Of a stretch of 56,448 nucleotides of DNA, positions 8,969 through 17,018 are shown one piece after another. Source of the DNA: a virus (taxonomy: Duplodnaviria; Caudoviricetes); IMG/VR virus record IMGVR_UViG_3300046777_001585, positions 1 through 56,448 of that record. One strand, written 5' to 3'. A program made the translations under genes and the position numbers. The first letter of the stretch is position 1, and each line of letters opens with the position of its first letter. The notes under the pieces were generated by a model, which worked only from the letters and a program-made list of their open reading frames with translations, had not been told where the DNA came from and searched no databases.

Positions 8969-9469
8969 ATGGCTTCTACTACTTTTTCGGGTCCAGTAAC
9001 GTCGACCAACGGCTTTATTGGAAATGTCACGGGCGCTGTTACTGCTACAACCCCGGTCAATGCCACGGCGTCCACTCTTGCCGTCACTGCGGCCACGCAC
9101 GGCGGACGTGTTGTTACCCTTAATCGTGCAGCGGGCATCGCCGTCACCCTTCCGGCTGCTTCTGGCAGCGGCACCGTTTACCAGTTCGTGATCGGCACGT
9201 CCGTCACGAGCAATTCGACCACCATCAAAGTGGCCAACGCCAGCGACACCATGACCGGTTCCGCTTATGTAATCTCGGACGGAGCGGCGGCGGTCCTCGG
9301 CTACAAGACGGGGGCTTCTGACGACACGGTCACCTTTAACGGCAACACCTTGGGTGGCCTAAAAGGAGATACGGTTCGCCTCGTTGATGTTGCGGCGAAT
9401 CTGTATTCGGTACAGGTGCTGTCGCAGGCGACCGGGACTGAGGCGACTCCTTTTAGCGCTACGGTCTAA
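8969..9469 (+). CDS. Virion structural protein (capsid fibre/decoration-like)
   Basis: MASTTFSGPV N-terminus typical of the post-MCP gene in this group; Thr/Ala-rich; SD gagg. Confidence 0.7.
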   Translation: MASTTFSGPVTSTNGFIGNVTGAVTATTPVNATASTLAVTAATHGGRVVTLNRAAGIAVTLPAASGSGTVYQFVIGTSVTSNSTTIKVANASDTMTGSAYVISDGAAAVLGYKTGASDDTVTFNGNTLGGLKGDTVRLVDVAANLYSVQVLSQATGTEATPFSATV

Positions 9470-9480
9470 GGGGCTCACAC

Positions 9481-9783
9481 ATGAGCTTCGCTAGTGACAT
9501 TCAGGCCGTCCGAAAGACGGCCACCGGGGATGCTGTTTCTGGACGAACTCGCCTCGCTGGGCTGTATTTCACCCACACCGCCACACCCGCAACGATCACG
9601 TTGCGGAGTGGTGGCTCGGGCGGAACCACCAAGTTTGCGATCACCAGCCCTGCTGCCGCGGGATCTCAGGACATGATTATTCCTGACAACGGCATTTTGT
9701 TTGAAAGTGGCATTCACATAACCCTTAGCAGCGCGGAAATCACCACGGTTACCCTGCTGTTTGTGGGCGGCGCTGCGGCGTAG
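9481..9783 (+). CDS. Small beta-rich structural protein
   Basis: IPDNGILFESGIHIT motif; tightly packed in the structural operon. Confidence 0.7.
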   Translation: MSFASDIQAVRKTATGDAVSGRTRLAGLYFTHTATPATITLRSGGSGGTTKFAITSPAAAGSQDMIIPDNGILFESGIHITLSSAEITTVTLLFVGGAAA

Positions 9784-9793
9784 GTTTTGGGCG

Positions 9794-10081
9794 ATGGCTA
9801 CCTCTAGAGGCATGGGCATCAAAACCTCGGTTCGCTCCGGTAATTTTCGCGCCACGAAGTCCGGGGCAGGAATGACCAAGAAAGGGGTTGCCGCTTATCG
9901 AAAAGCCAATCCAGGGAGCAAGCTGCAGACAGCAGTCACGGAAGACAATCCCAAAGGGACAAGAGCAAAGCGCCGTAAGTCTTTCTGTGCGCGCTCTGAA
10001 GGTCAGATGAGGATGTTTCCAAAGGCTGCCAACGACCCTAATAGTCGGCTAAGGCAGGCTCGGAAACGCTGGAAGTGCTGA
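9794..10081 (+). CDS. Basic conserved phage protein (DUF6321-like)
   Basis: GAGMTKKGVAAYRKANPGSKL...RRKSFCARS...DPNSRLRQARKRWKC is a widespread phage family. The ATG at 9794 is preferred. Confidence 0.75.
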   Translation: MATSRGMGIKTSVRSGNFRATKSGAGMTKKGVAAYRKANPGSKLQTAVTEDNPKGTRAKRRKSFCARSEGQMRMFPKAANDPNSRLRQARKRWKC

Positions 10082-10084
10082 ATC

Positions 10085-10327
10085 ATGGAACTCATGATCT
10101 GGAATGTAATCCTCACAGCCCTAGTGACGATGATGGGCTTTTTGTTTAAGGAAAAAGTAACGGAACTCAGCCGTATCGGGGTCCTATTAAACAAGACTCG
10201 TGAAGAAATGGCTAGAGACCACATCACTCGCGCGGAGGTCCGCGCGGACATGGAGCGATTAGTTGAACATGTTGATGTTCGATTTAATCGTCTTGAAAGC
10301 AAAATTGACGAACTAAGAAAAGGGTAG
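10085..10327 (+). CDS. Small membrane-anchored coiled-coil protein
   Basis: N-terminal hydrophobic helix followed by a coiled coil (RFNRLESKIDEL). Confidence 0.7.
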   Translation: MELMIWNVILTALVTMMGFLFKEKVTELSRIGVLLNKTREEMARDHITRAEVRADMERLVEHVDVRFNRLESKIDELRKG

Positions 10328-10331
10328 TCCC

Positions 10332-10604
10332 ATGAAAAAACGAGGAATGGGCGCTGCGACCAAGGGTGGTGGCTGCTGCATGGGCGGCATGGCCGTCAAG
10401 AAGTACGCCGAAGGCAGCCCTAAAGAGGGCGTTACCAAGGACATGCTTCCTTGGATGTCTAAAGAACTGGGCAAGAAGTCGTATGGCTCGGCGGAAGGCG
10501 TTACCAAGGACATGCTTCCTTGGATGTCTAAGATGTCGAAGAAAAAAGCGATGAAAAAGCCTTCTCGTAGGCTTCCGTATGAACCGATGGTTCCAAGGAG
10601 ATAA
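10332..10604 (+). CDS. Small Lys/Met-rich protein with internal duplication
   Basis: MKKRGMGAATKGGG...; EGVTKDMLPWMSK occurs twice. Confidence 0.65.
   Translation: MKKRGMGAATKGGGCCMGGMAVKKYAEGSPKEGVTKDMLPWMSKELGKKSYGSAEGVTKDMLPWMSKMSKKKAMKKPSRRLPYEPMVPRR
10428..10531 (+). repeat. 35-bp perfect direct repeat, 69-nt period
   Basis: ggcgttaccaaggacatgcttccttggatgtctaa at 10428-10462 and 10497-10531. Confidence 0.9.
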
Positions 10605-10606
10605 CT

Positions 10607-10768
10607 ATGCCACGTGGAATGGGATGCGCCGTTCGCGGCGGTAAAAAAGGCAAGACCATCAAGGCCACCAGCAAAAAGACTGGTCCGATCATGATGAACA
10701 AAGGCGGGATGGCCATTAGCCCTCGCAAACGCATGGCTATGGGCATGAAGAACGGCGGAATGTGCTAA
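10607..10768 (+). CDS. 53-aa Lys/Met/Gly-rich basic protein (not in ORF track)
   Basis: SD aaggag; MPRGMGCAVRGGKKGK...MNKGGMA...MKNGGMC; its stop abuts the next ATG. Confidence 0.7.
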   Translation: MPRGMGCAVRGGKKGKTIKATSKKTGPIMMNKGGMAISPRKRMAMGMKNGGMC

Positions 10769-11437
10769 ATGGCAACGTCCGGAACGACCGATTTTACGCT
10801 TCAGATTGACGACATAGTCGAAGAAGCGTTTGAGCGTTGTGGCATGCGGGTAACCAATGGTTACCAGCTGAATTCCGCTCGTCGGTCGCTCAACCTGATG
10901 TTCCTGGACTGGGCAAATCGTGGATTGAACTTGTGGACGATTGAGCAGGCAACAGCTCCTTTGAGCGTTGGAACGAACCAACTGACGCTTGCCAGCGACA
11001 CCGTCAATGTTCTTTCCGCCATTATCCGCGACTCTTCTACCTCTCCGTCTACCGACATCACGATTGATCGGATTGGAAGAGAGGAATACCTCAACATTCC
11101 GGACAAAACCACCCAGGCGCGGCCCGCTCAATACTACGTACAGCGCGCGAATACCTTCCAGGTGTTCCTGTACCCCGCCTCGGATACCTCCACGTACACC
11201 TTCGTGTACTATCGAATTCGGCGTATTCAAGACGCTGGGGGATACACGAACACAGCAGATGTAAACTTTAGGTTCCTCCCCTGCCTTGTTTCGGGCCTCG
11301 CTTACCATCTTTCCCTGAAGTATGCGCCTGAAAGAACGGAAGCATTGAAGGGTTTCTATGAGGAAGACTTCAAGCGTGCAGCTGACGAGGATAGAGACAC
11401 CGCAAGTCTGCATCTGGTGCCTGACTTGGGGGTCTAA
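10769..11437 (+). CDS. Head-tail adaptor/neck protein
   Basis: MATSGTTDF...IVEEAFERCG...ARRSLNLMFLDWANRGLNLWTIEQ family; position after the head genes. Confidence 0.65.
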   Translation: MATSGTTDFTLQIDDIVEEAFERCGMRVTNGYQLNSARRSLNLMFLDWANRGLNLWTIEQATAPLSVGTNQLTLASDTVNVLSAIIRDSSTSPSTDITIDRIGREEYLNIPDKTTQARPAQYYVQRANTFQVFLYPASDTSTYTFVYYRIRRIQDAGGYTNTADVNFRFLPCLVSGLAYHLSLKYAPERTEALKGFYEEDFKRAADEDRDTASLHLVPDLGV

Positions 11438-11787
11438 TGGCCTACGCGACAGGGAAATTCTCTTACGGACTCTGTGACTACTGCGGTCAACGGTATCCGT
11501 ATACCGTTTTACGCAAAAATTGGCGTGGCTTTAAGGTTTGTCCGGAAGATTACGAGCCAAAAGAGCCCCAACTTGAGCCCCTCAAGTATAGGGGAGACGC
11601 GATTGCGCTCTACCAGCCTCGACCAGACCGCGTTGAGCCGGTAACTGTCTACGTGGGAGCACCTGGGGACTCTCTTTTCCAGAGTGTTGGAAGCGCCTAC
11701 AACGGAAATAACATGCAACCTCTTCAGGAGGCCCAACCGATTGCTGGTCGTGGGTCTGTTGGAGTCGTCACGGTGACCACGACATGA
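11437..11787 (+). CDS. Zn-ribbon-like neck-region protein
   Basis: CDYCG...VCPEDYEPKEPQL; TAATG coupling. Confidence 0.7.
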   Translation: MAYATGKFSYGLCDYCGQRYPYTVLRKNWRGFKVCPEDYEPKEPQLEPLKYRGDAIALYQPRPDRVEPVTVYVGAPGDSLFQSVGSAYNGNNMQPLQEAQPIAGRGSVGVVTVTTT

Positions 11788-12440
11788 CTTATGACGAGCT
11801 GGTAACCAACATTCGGAACTACACCGAGGTCGATGCCAACGTATTCACCAATGCGGTGATCAATACGTTCATCACTTTTGCCGAAAATCGCATCCTTAGG
11901 GACATCGATTTGGATGTTTTTAAGGTGGAAGTCGCTGGAAACCTGACATCTGGGAATAAATTCCTGTCTACGCCGTCAGATATCTTGACCCATCGCTACC
12001 TGATGGTCACTAACGGCAACGATCAAGTATTCCTTGACTACCGTGACACGTCTTTCATGAAGGAATACTGGCCAAACGGAGCCTCCACGGGCACTCCGAA
12101 GTACTACAGCACGTGGGATCAAAACACCTTTTATGTTGCTCCGACTCCAAACGCTAGTTTTACGGTAGAATTGGGGTATATCGCACGTCCCGCGCAGCTT
12201 TCTTCGGCTAATCCAACCACGTGGATTAGCACCAATTCCCCAGAAGCCCTTTTTTACGCCTGTTTGATACAAGCGTACAGCTACACGAAGGGCCCGAGGG
12301 AGATGCTGGAGTATTTTGAGAAGAGTTACACCCAGGCGTTGCAAGGCCTTGGCCTTGAACAGCAGGGCCGTCGCCGTAGAGACGAGTATCGAGACGGAAT
12401 GACTCGCTTGTACCTGAAGAGTGATAGTCCAGGCCCGTAA
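11784..12440 (+). CDS. Head-tail adaptor/tail tubular A-like protein
   Basis: MTYDELVTNIRNYTE...FAENRILR...PEALFYACL...RRRRDEYRDG; ATGA overlap. Confidence 0.65.
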   Translation: MTYDELVTNIRNYTEVDANVFTNAVINTFITFAENRILRDIDLDVFKVEVAGNLTSGNKFLSTPSDILTHRYLMVTNGNDQVFLDYRDTSFMKEYWPNGASTGTPKYYSTWDQNTFYVAPTPNASFTVELGYIARPAQLSSANPTTWISTNSPEALFYACLIQAYSYTKGPREMLEYFEKSYTQALQGLGLEQQGRRRRDEYRDGMTRLYLKSDSPGP

Positions 12441-12455
12441 GAGAGGGGAAAACAC

Positions 12456-12749
12456 ATGTTTGGAGAGGCATCTACCGTTTCCGTTGGGGTTGCAACTGTC
12501 GTAACCACCAACAACCGTGACCTAAACCCAGAAGAACTGGCCGACCTGGCGCTGAGAAAGATTATTAGCATCTCGGCAGACACGCCAATGCCTTTGCGAG
12601 AGCAGGCACTCGCGTTCCAAGACAAACTGCGGGCCATTCTGGTCTTTTACATGAAGCGTTCAGCTAGATCCGAACGTCTTTCCATTGCCGACCTTCTTAA
12701 GAAGGAAGGACTTGCACAGATTGCCGACAAAATAGTCGATATCGACTAG
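12456..12749 (+). CDS. Conserved hypothetical protein
   Basis: SD gagggg; KIISISADTPMPLREQALAF motif. Confidence 0.65.
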   Translation: MFGEASTVSVGVATVVTTNNRDLNPEELADLALRKIISISADTPMPLREQALAFQDKLRAILVFYMKRSARSERLSIADLLKKEGLAQIADKIVDID

Positions 12750-12760
12750 GAGAAAATGCC

Positions 12761-13213
12761 ATGGGTTCCGTTACCAATGCAATGTGCACGTCGTTCAAGG
12801 TCGAATTGATGACCGCGACGCACAATTTCACTGCTTCTACTGGTAATGCCTTTAAGATTGCGCTCATCAAGGCTTCTCCGACGGGGGACTATGGGGCAGC
12901 GACCACAAACTATTCGAATTTGACCGGCGCTTCAGACGAAACGTCTGGGACGGGGTATACCGCAGGGGGTGTTGCGCTTACAAATGTCACCCCAACGTCA
13001 TCGAGTACCACTGCCTTCACGGATTTTAGCAATGATCCTACGTGGACATCCGCTACCTTCAGTGCAGATGGGGCTTTGATCTACAACACAACCTCTTCTA
13101 ACAGAGCGGTGTGCGTGTTGACGTTCAGCGGAACGAAATCGGTTACTTCTGGCAGTTTTGTTATCCAATTCCCAGCGCCAAACGCAACCGACGCTATTAT
13201 TCGTATTGCATAA
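12761..13213 (+). CDS. Tail structural protein
   Basis: AMCTSFKVELM...GTGYTAGG...GALIYN...AIIRIA; common tail-associated beta protein. Confidence 0.7.
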   Translation: MGSVTNAMCTSFKVELMTATHNFTASTGNAFKIALIKASPTGDYGAATTNYSNLTGASDETSGTGYTAGGVALTNVTPTSSSTTAFTDFSNDPTWTSATFSADGALIYNTTSSNRAVCVLTFSGTKSVTSGSFVIQFPAPNATDAIIRIA

Positions 13214-13269
13214 GCCTCCGCCTCGGGGTTGATAGGGTAGCGTTGATCACGTAATAGAGGGTAACCGTA

Positions 13270-15744
13270 ATGGCGACGATTGTAACAAGGGCTGGAAAGG
13301 GTTCCCCTCTTACCCACAATGAGGTTGACAGTAACTTTATCAACCTCAACACGGACAAAGTAGAGCTTACAGGCACGTCCCCTGTATCCATCAGCGTTAG
13401 CACCGCTGGAAACGCATTGAGCGTTACCCAGTCTGGCGCTGGCAATGCTTTGCTTGTTGAGGACAGCGCCTCACCAGACAGCACCCCATTCATCGTCACT
13501 GCTGACGGCAGGGTCGGCATGGGCGTGCCGAACGCAAGCTATTTTCCAGGGAACATTGGGCTTTACATTACCGCTAATGATGGTAACTACAGGGTTTTGT
13601 TCCAGAGGATGTCGGACGATAGTAGTGGGCCACAATTCTTTTTTCGAAAGGGGCGCGGCACAGTTGAGGTGCGCACGGGGGTCCAGAGCGGCGATAGACT
13701 CGGGACGCTTTCGTATTCTGGTCATGTAGACACATCAAACAATTACGAAGCTGCGTCAATTTTCGCCGAAGTTGACGGCACTCCCGGCATTAACGACATG
13801 CCCGGACGGCTTGTATTCAGTACGACGGCGGATGGAGCCAGCTCTCCGACAGAAAGAATGCGAATTGACAACGCCGGGAACGTTGGGATTGGGGGAACCC
13901 CAACCGTTGACCTGTTGCGACTTACAGGAACCGCTGCGGGTGGCACGACGATCAACGGACTTATTATTGACGAAACGGTGGGGAGCGGGGTTACAGCAAA
14001 TTATCGCAGCGTTCTAAGCCGTCCAATTTTGCAGAACGCAACGTTCACTCTAACCAATCTTTATCATTTTTATGCGAATCCGCAAACAAAACCCGCCGCC
14101 GCAACTCTAAGCAATCAGTACGGATTCCACGCGGAAGCAACCCTAGCTGACGCAACCGCGAACTATGGGTTTTATGGAAACATTGCCTCCGCTGCTGGGC
14201 GTTTTAATTTTTACGCAGGGGGAACGGCTCCGAATTACTTTGCCGGGAATACAACCTGCAACACCGGCCTTACGGTAAATGGAACCACGAATCTTTCCGC
14301 GCTTACTGCAAGCACTGCGCTTGCGCTTGATTCAAGCAAAAACATAGTCAGTGTCACGAATACGGGAAGCGGCGATAATGTGCTAGCCACGAGCCCGACG
14401 TTAATAACCCCTAACTTGGGGACTCCTTCTGCCATAACACTTACCAACGCGACTGGCACCGCTTCAATTAACATCAACGGAACTGTTGGAGCGACGACGC
14501 GGAACACGGGAGATTTCACTACCCTCAGCGCTTCGTCCTTGGGCCTGAATGGATCATCTTCTGGCACAGTCACGGTCAACACCGCAGCCGCTGCGGGGAC
14601 TTGGACGCTTACTCTGCCGACCTCTGCGGGCACTAATGGATATGTTTTGTCTACGGACGGGGCAGGGGTTACTTCTTGGGTCGCTCAGTCTGGCGGCGGC
14701 GGGGGCGTTACTTCTTTTAGCGCCGGAACAACGGGCCTCACCCCAAATACAGCTACCACAGGCGCTGTTACGTTGGCGGGAACTCTAGCTGTTGCGAATG
14801 GCGGGACGGGAGTCACGACTTCAACGGGGACTGGATCGGTCGTGCTATCAACTTCCCCCACGCTGGGAAATATCGGCGTAGGAGGCGGTTCTGCTAGCGA
14901 CTCTAGAGTCAATATCGGAGGGACGTTAACAGGTCTGACTTCGTATAACGGGGTATACGCCGGGCCTACCATTGGTAGCACCGCTACCGGCGGGTATACC
15001 GGCTTTATGAGCAGGCCAGTTCTGCAAGACGCTGTTTTTACCGCCGCGAATATAGTTCATTTTTATGTAATCCCTCAGGCAAAACCAGCCTCTCCGACTA
15101 TCACCGCCCAATACGGATTTCTAGTAGACACAGGCCTTACAGGTGCTTCGACTGTCAATTACGCTTTCTATACCGGGCTAGCCGCTTCGGGAACTACTAG
15201 GTGGGCTTTTTATAGTGCTGGGTCTGCGCCAAATTACTTTAATGGGGTTGTAAGAGTCGGCACTTCATCATCAGCCGGAGACCAAGCCCTTAACGTAGGC
15301 GGCGCGGTGCGGGTAGCAGGCACCACCAGTGCTAACCAAACCTCCGCCGGCACGATGGATTTTAATACTGCGAGCAGCCAATTACGTTTCTTGTCATGGG
15401 GGCCGAGCGGAACCCAAGGCAGCATTACTTGGTGGACAGGAGCTGGCGCAGCGTCTACTACACAGCGCATGACCTTAACTGGTTCCAACAATCTCGGGCT
15501 AGCAACTTCGACATTTGGCACCAGCGCAACCAATACCTTCTCCGTTTTTACTGGAACAGCCCCTACGACCGGCGTGGCCGACACGGTTCAGTTCTATAGT
15601 TCGGACTTGTCCGCTGGTAACACGATCCCGAGCTTTTACACAGAAGGAACCAACGTAGGAACTGGGACACCGACCGCCAACCGAACCATCGCGGTCAGGT
15701 TTAATGGCACTGTATACTACTTACTTGCATCAACCATTCCTTAA
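13270..15744 (+). CDS. Tail fibre/spike protein 1
   Basis: TRAGKGSPLTHNEVDSNFINLN anchor and ERMRIDNAGNVGIG fibre motif; G/T/S/A-rich. Confidence 0.8.
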   Translation: MATIVTRAGKGSPLTHNEVDSNFINLNTDKVELTGTSPVSISVSTAGNALSVTQSGAGNALLVEDSASPDSTPFIVTADGRVGMGVPNASYFPGNIGLYITANDGNYRVLFQRMSDDSSGPQFFFRKGRGTVEVRTGVQSGDRLGTLSYSGHVDTSNNYEAASIFAEVDGTPGINDMPGRLVFSTTADGASSPTERMRIDNAGNVGIGGTPTVDLLRLTGTAAGGTTINGLIIDETVGSGVTANYRSVLSRPILQNATFTLTNLYHFYANPQTKPAAATLSNQYGFHAEATLADATANYGFYGNIASAAGRFNFYAGGTAPNYFAGNTTCNTGLTVNGTTNLSALTASTALALDSSKNIVSVTNTGSGDNVLATSPTLITPNLGTPSAITLTNATGTASININGTVGATTRNTGDFTTLSASSLGLNGSSSGTVTVNTAAAAGTWTLTLPTSAGTNGYVLSTDGAGVTSWVAQSGGGGGVTSFSAGTTGLTPNTATTGAVTLAGTLAVANGGTGVTTSTGTGSVVLSTSPTLGNIGVGGGSASDSRVNIGGTLTGLTSYNGVYAGPTIGSTATGGYTGFMSRPVLQDAVFTAANIVHFYVIPQAKPASPTITAQYGFLVDTGLTGASTVNYAFYTGLAASGTTRWAFYSAGSAPNYFNGVVRVGTSSSAGDQALNVGGAVRVAGTTSANQTSAGTMDFNTASSQLRFLSWGPSGTQGSITWWTGAGAASTTQRMTLTGSNNLGLATSTFGTSATNTFSVFTGTAPTTGVADTVQFYSSDLSAGNTIPSFYTEGTNVGTGTPTANRTIAVRFNGTVYYLLASTIP

Positions 15745-15753
15745 GGAGGGGAC

Positions 15754-15912
15754 ATGGACATTAAACTCACACTTTCCGTAGAAGAAGTAAACGCTGTTTT
15801 GCAGACCCTTGGGCAGTTGCCCACGTCTTCTGGTGCGTGGCCCCTGGTAGTCAAGATCAAATCGCAGGCCGAAAGCCAGATCCCAAAGGCCCCTGAAGGA
15901 GACAACCAATGA
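15754..15912 (+). CDS. 52-aa fibre-associated protein (not in ORF track)
   Basis: SD aaggagg; MDIKLTLSVEEVNAVLQTLGQLP...; ATGA overlap with the next gene. Confidence 0.7.
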   Translation: MDIKLTLSVEEVNAVLQTLGQLPTSSGAWPLVVKIKSQAESQIPKAPEGDNQ

Positions 15913-16241
15913 TCACGTACACGTGGACGGTTACTGCAATGGAAGCGGTTACTGAAGGTAGTTTGGATAACGTAATTGTTATCAGCTACTTTACCTGTTC
16001 AGGAGAAGAAAACGGGCTTAAGGGCGCTGCCTCCAGCGACTGCACGCTCCTTCCCCCGGACCCTGCTAATTTCATTCCGCTTGATCAAATCACGGAACAA
16101 GAAGCGGTAACCTGGACGTTGCAGGCCCTTGGTTCTTCCGGCGTCCAGAAGTACGAAGAGATGGTTGCCGCTCAGATTGAAGGACAGAAAACGCCGTCTC
16201 CGCAGTTCGTAGACTTGCCGTGGCTGCCGCCGCCAAACTGA
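15909..16241 (+). CDS. Tail-fibre-associated (assembly chaperone-like) protein
   Basis: YTWTV...FIPLDQITEQEAVTW...LPW pattern, typical downstream of fibres. Confidence 0.65.
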   Translation: MITYTWTVTAMEAVTEGSLDNVIVISYFTCSGEENGLKGAASSDCTLLPPDPANFIPLDQITEQEAVTWTLQALGSSGVQKYEEMVAAQIEGQKTPSPQFVDLPWLPPPN

Positions 16242-16252
16242 TGGGCGATTAG

Positions 16253-17008
16253 GTGAGCGCCTATTCTGACCAATATGTTGAATACGGATACTGGGTATCA
16301 GGGTATGCGGTAGGAGACATCACCTACGGGGATGTCTCCGGAGCTGAAGGGACTGGCAACTCCGGTACGGTATCGGTTGTCACTGGAAACATTGTTGATG
16401 TTTCTGGGACCTTTGGCACAGGTCAGGTAGGAACAGTTCAAGTAATTGGAAGCGTGACCTATGAGGTCACGGGTGTAGTTGGTTCCGGCCAGGTAGGGAC
16501 GGTCTCCACTGCGCAGAACTTTTCTTTTCTGGCAACCGGAGTCCAAGGGACCACGGCCCTTGGGTCTGTTTCCACCGCCGCCAGCACGTTTGCATCGGTT
16601 ACCGGCACAGAAGCAGCGGGTACGGCGGGGCAGGTTCAGACCTCCCAAAGCGTTGTTTACGAAACAACGGGGGTTTCCGGGACAAGCCAGGTTGGTACTG
16701 CGTCCGCGCTCCCGACAACCCTGGCATCCGTATCTGGGGTAAGTTGCTCTGGAGCGGTGGGAACCGCCTCTGCGTCCACTCTTTCTGGCGTCGTGGGCCT
16801 TGGTCAGTTGGGCTATGTTGTTGTTTGGGCGTCAATAAACGACAATCAAACTCCCGGCTGGGCCGTGGTCAATGACGCCCAAACAGCCAACTGGCTGACT
16901 GTTTCAGACTCACAGACACCCGCATGGGCTGCCGTAGAGGGAACTTCTTCCCCAGGGTGGTCTGTTGTAGACGATTCTCAGACCGCGACATGGTCACGAG
17001 TAGCATAG
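16253..17008 (+). CDS. Gly/Val/Thr-rich repetitive tail protein
   Basis: GxVGTV repeats; C-terminal Trp repeat (DxQTxxW) with 11-aa period. Confidence 0.65.
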   Translation: MSAYSDQYVEYGYWVSGYAVGDITYGDVSGAEGTGNSGTVSVVTGNIVDVSGTFGTGQVGTVQVIGSVTYEVTGVVGSGQVGTVSTAQNFSFLATGVQGTTALGSVSTAASTFASVTGTEAAGTAGQVQTSQSVVYETTGVSGTSQVGTASALPTTLASVSGVSCSGAVGTASASTLSGVVGLGQLGYVVVWASINDNQTPGWAVVNDAQTANWLTVSDSQTPAWAAVEGTSSPGWSVVDDSQTATWSRVA

Positions 17009-17018
17009 GAGCGAGCGA

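Noticed and set aside
10428-10531. 35-bp repeat with a 34-bp spacer and internal hairpin, resembling a mini-CRISPR
   Set aside because: Only two copies, in frame within a coding ORF (23-aa period), and no cas genes; better explained as an intragenic duplication.
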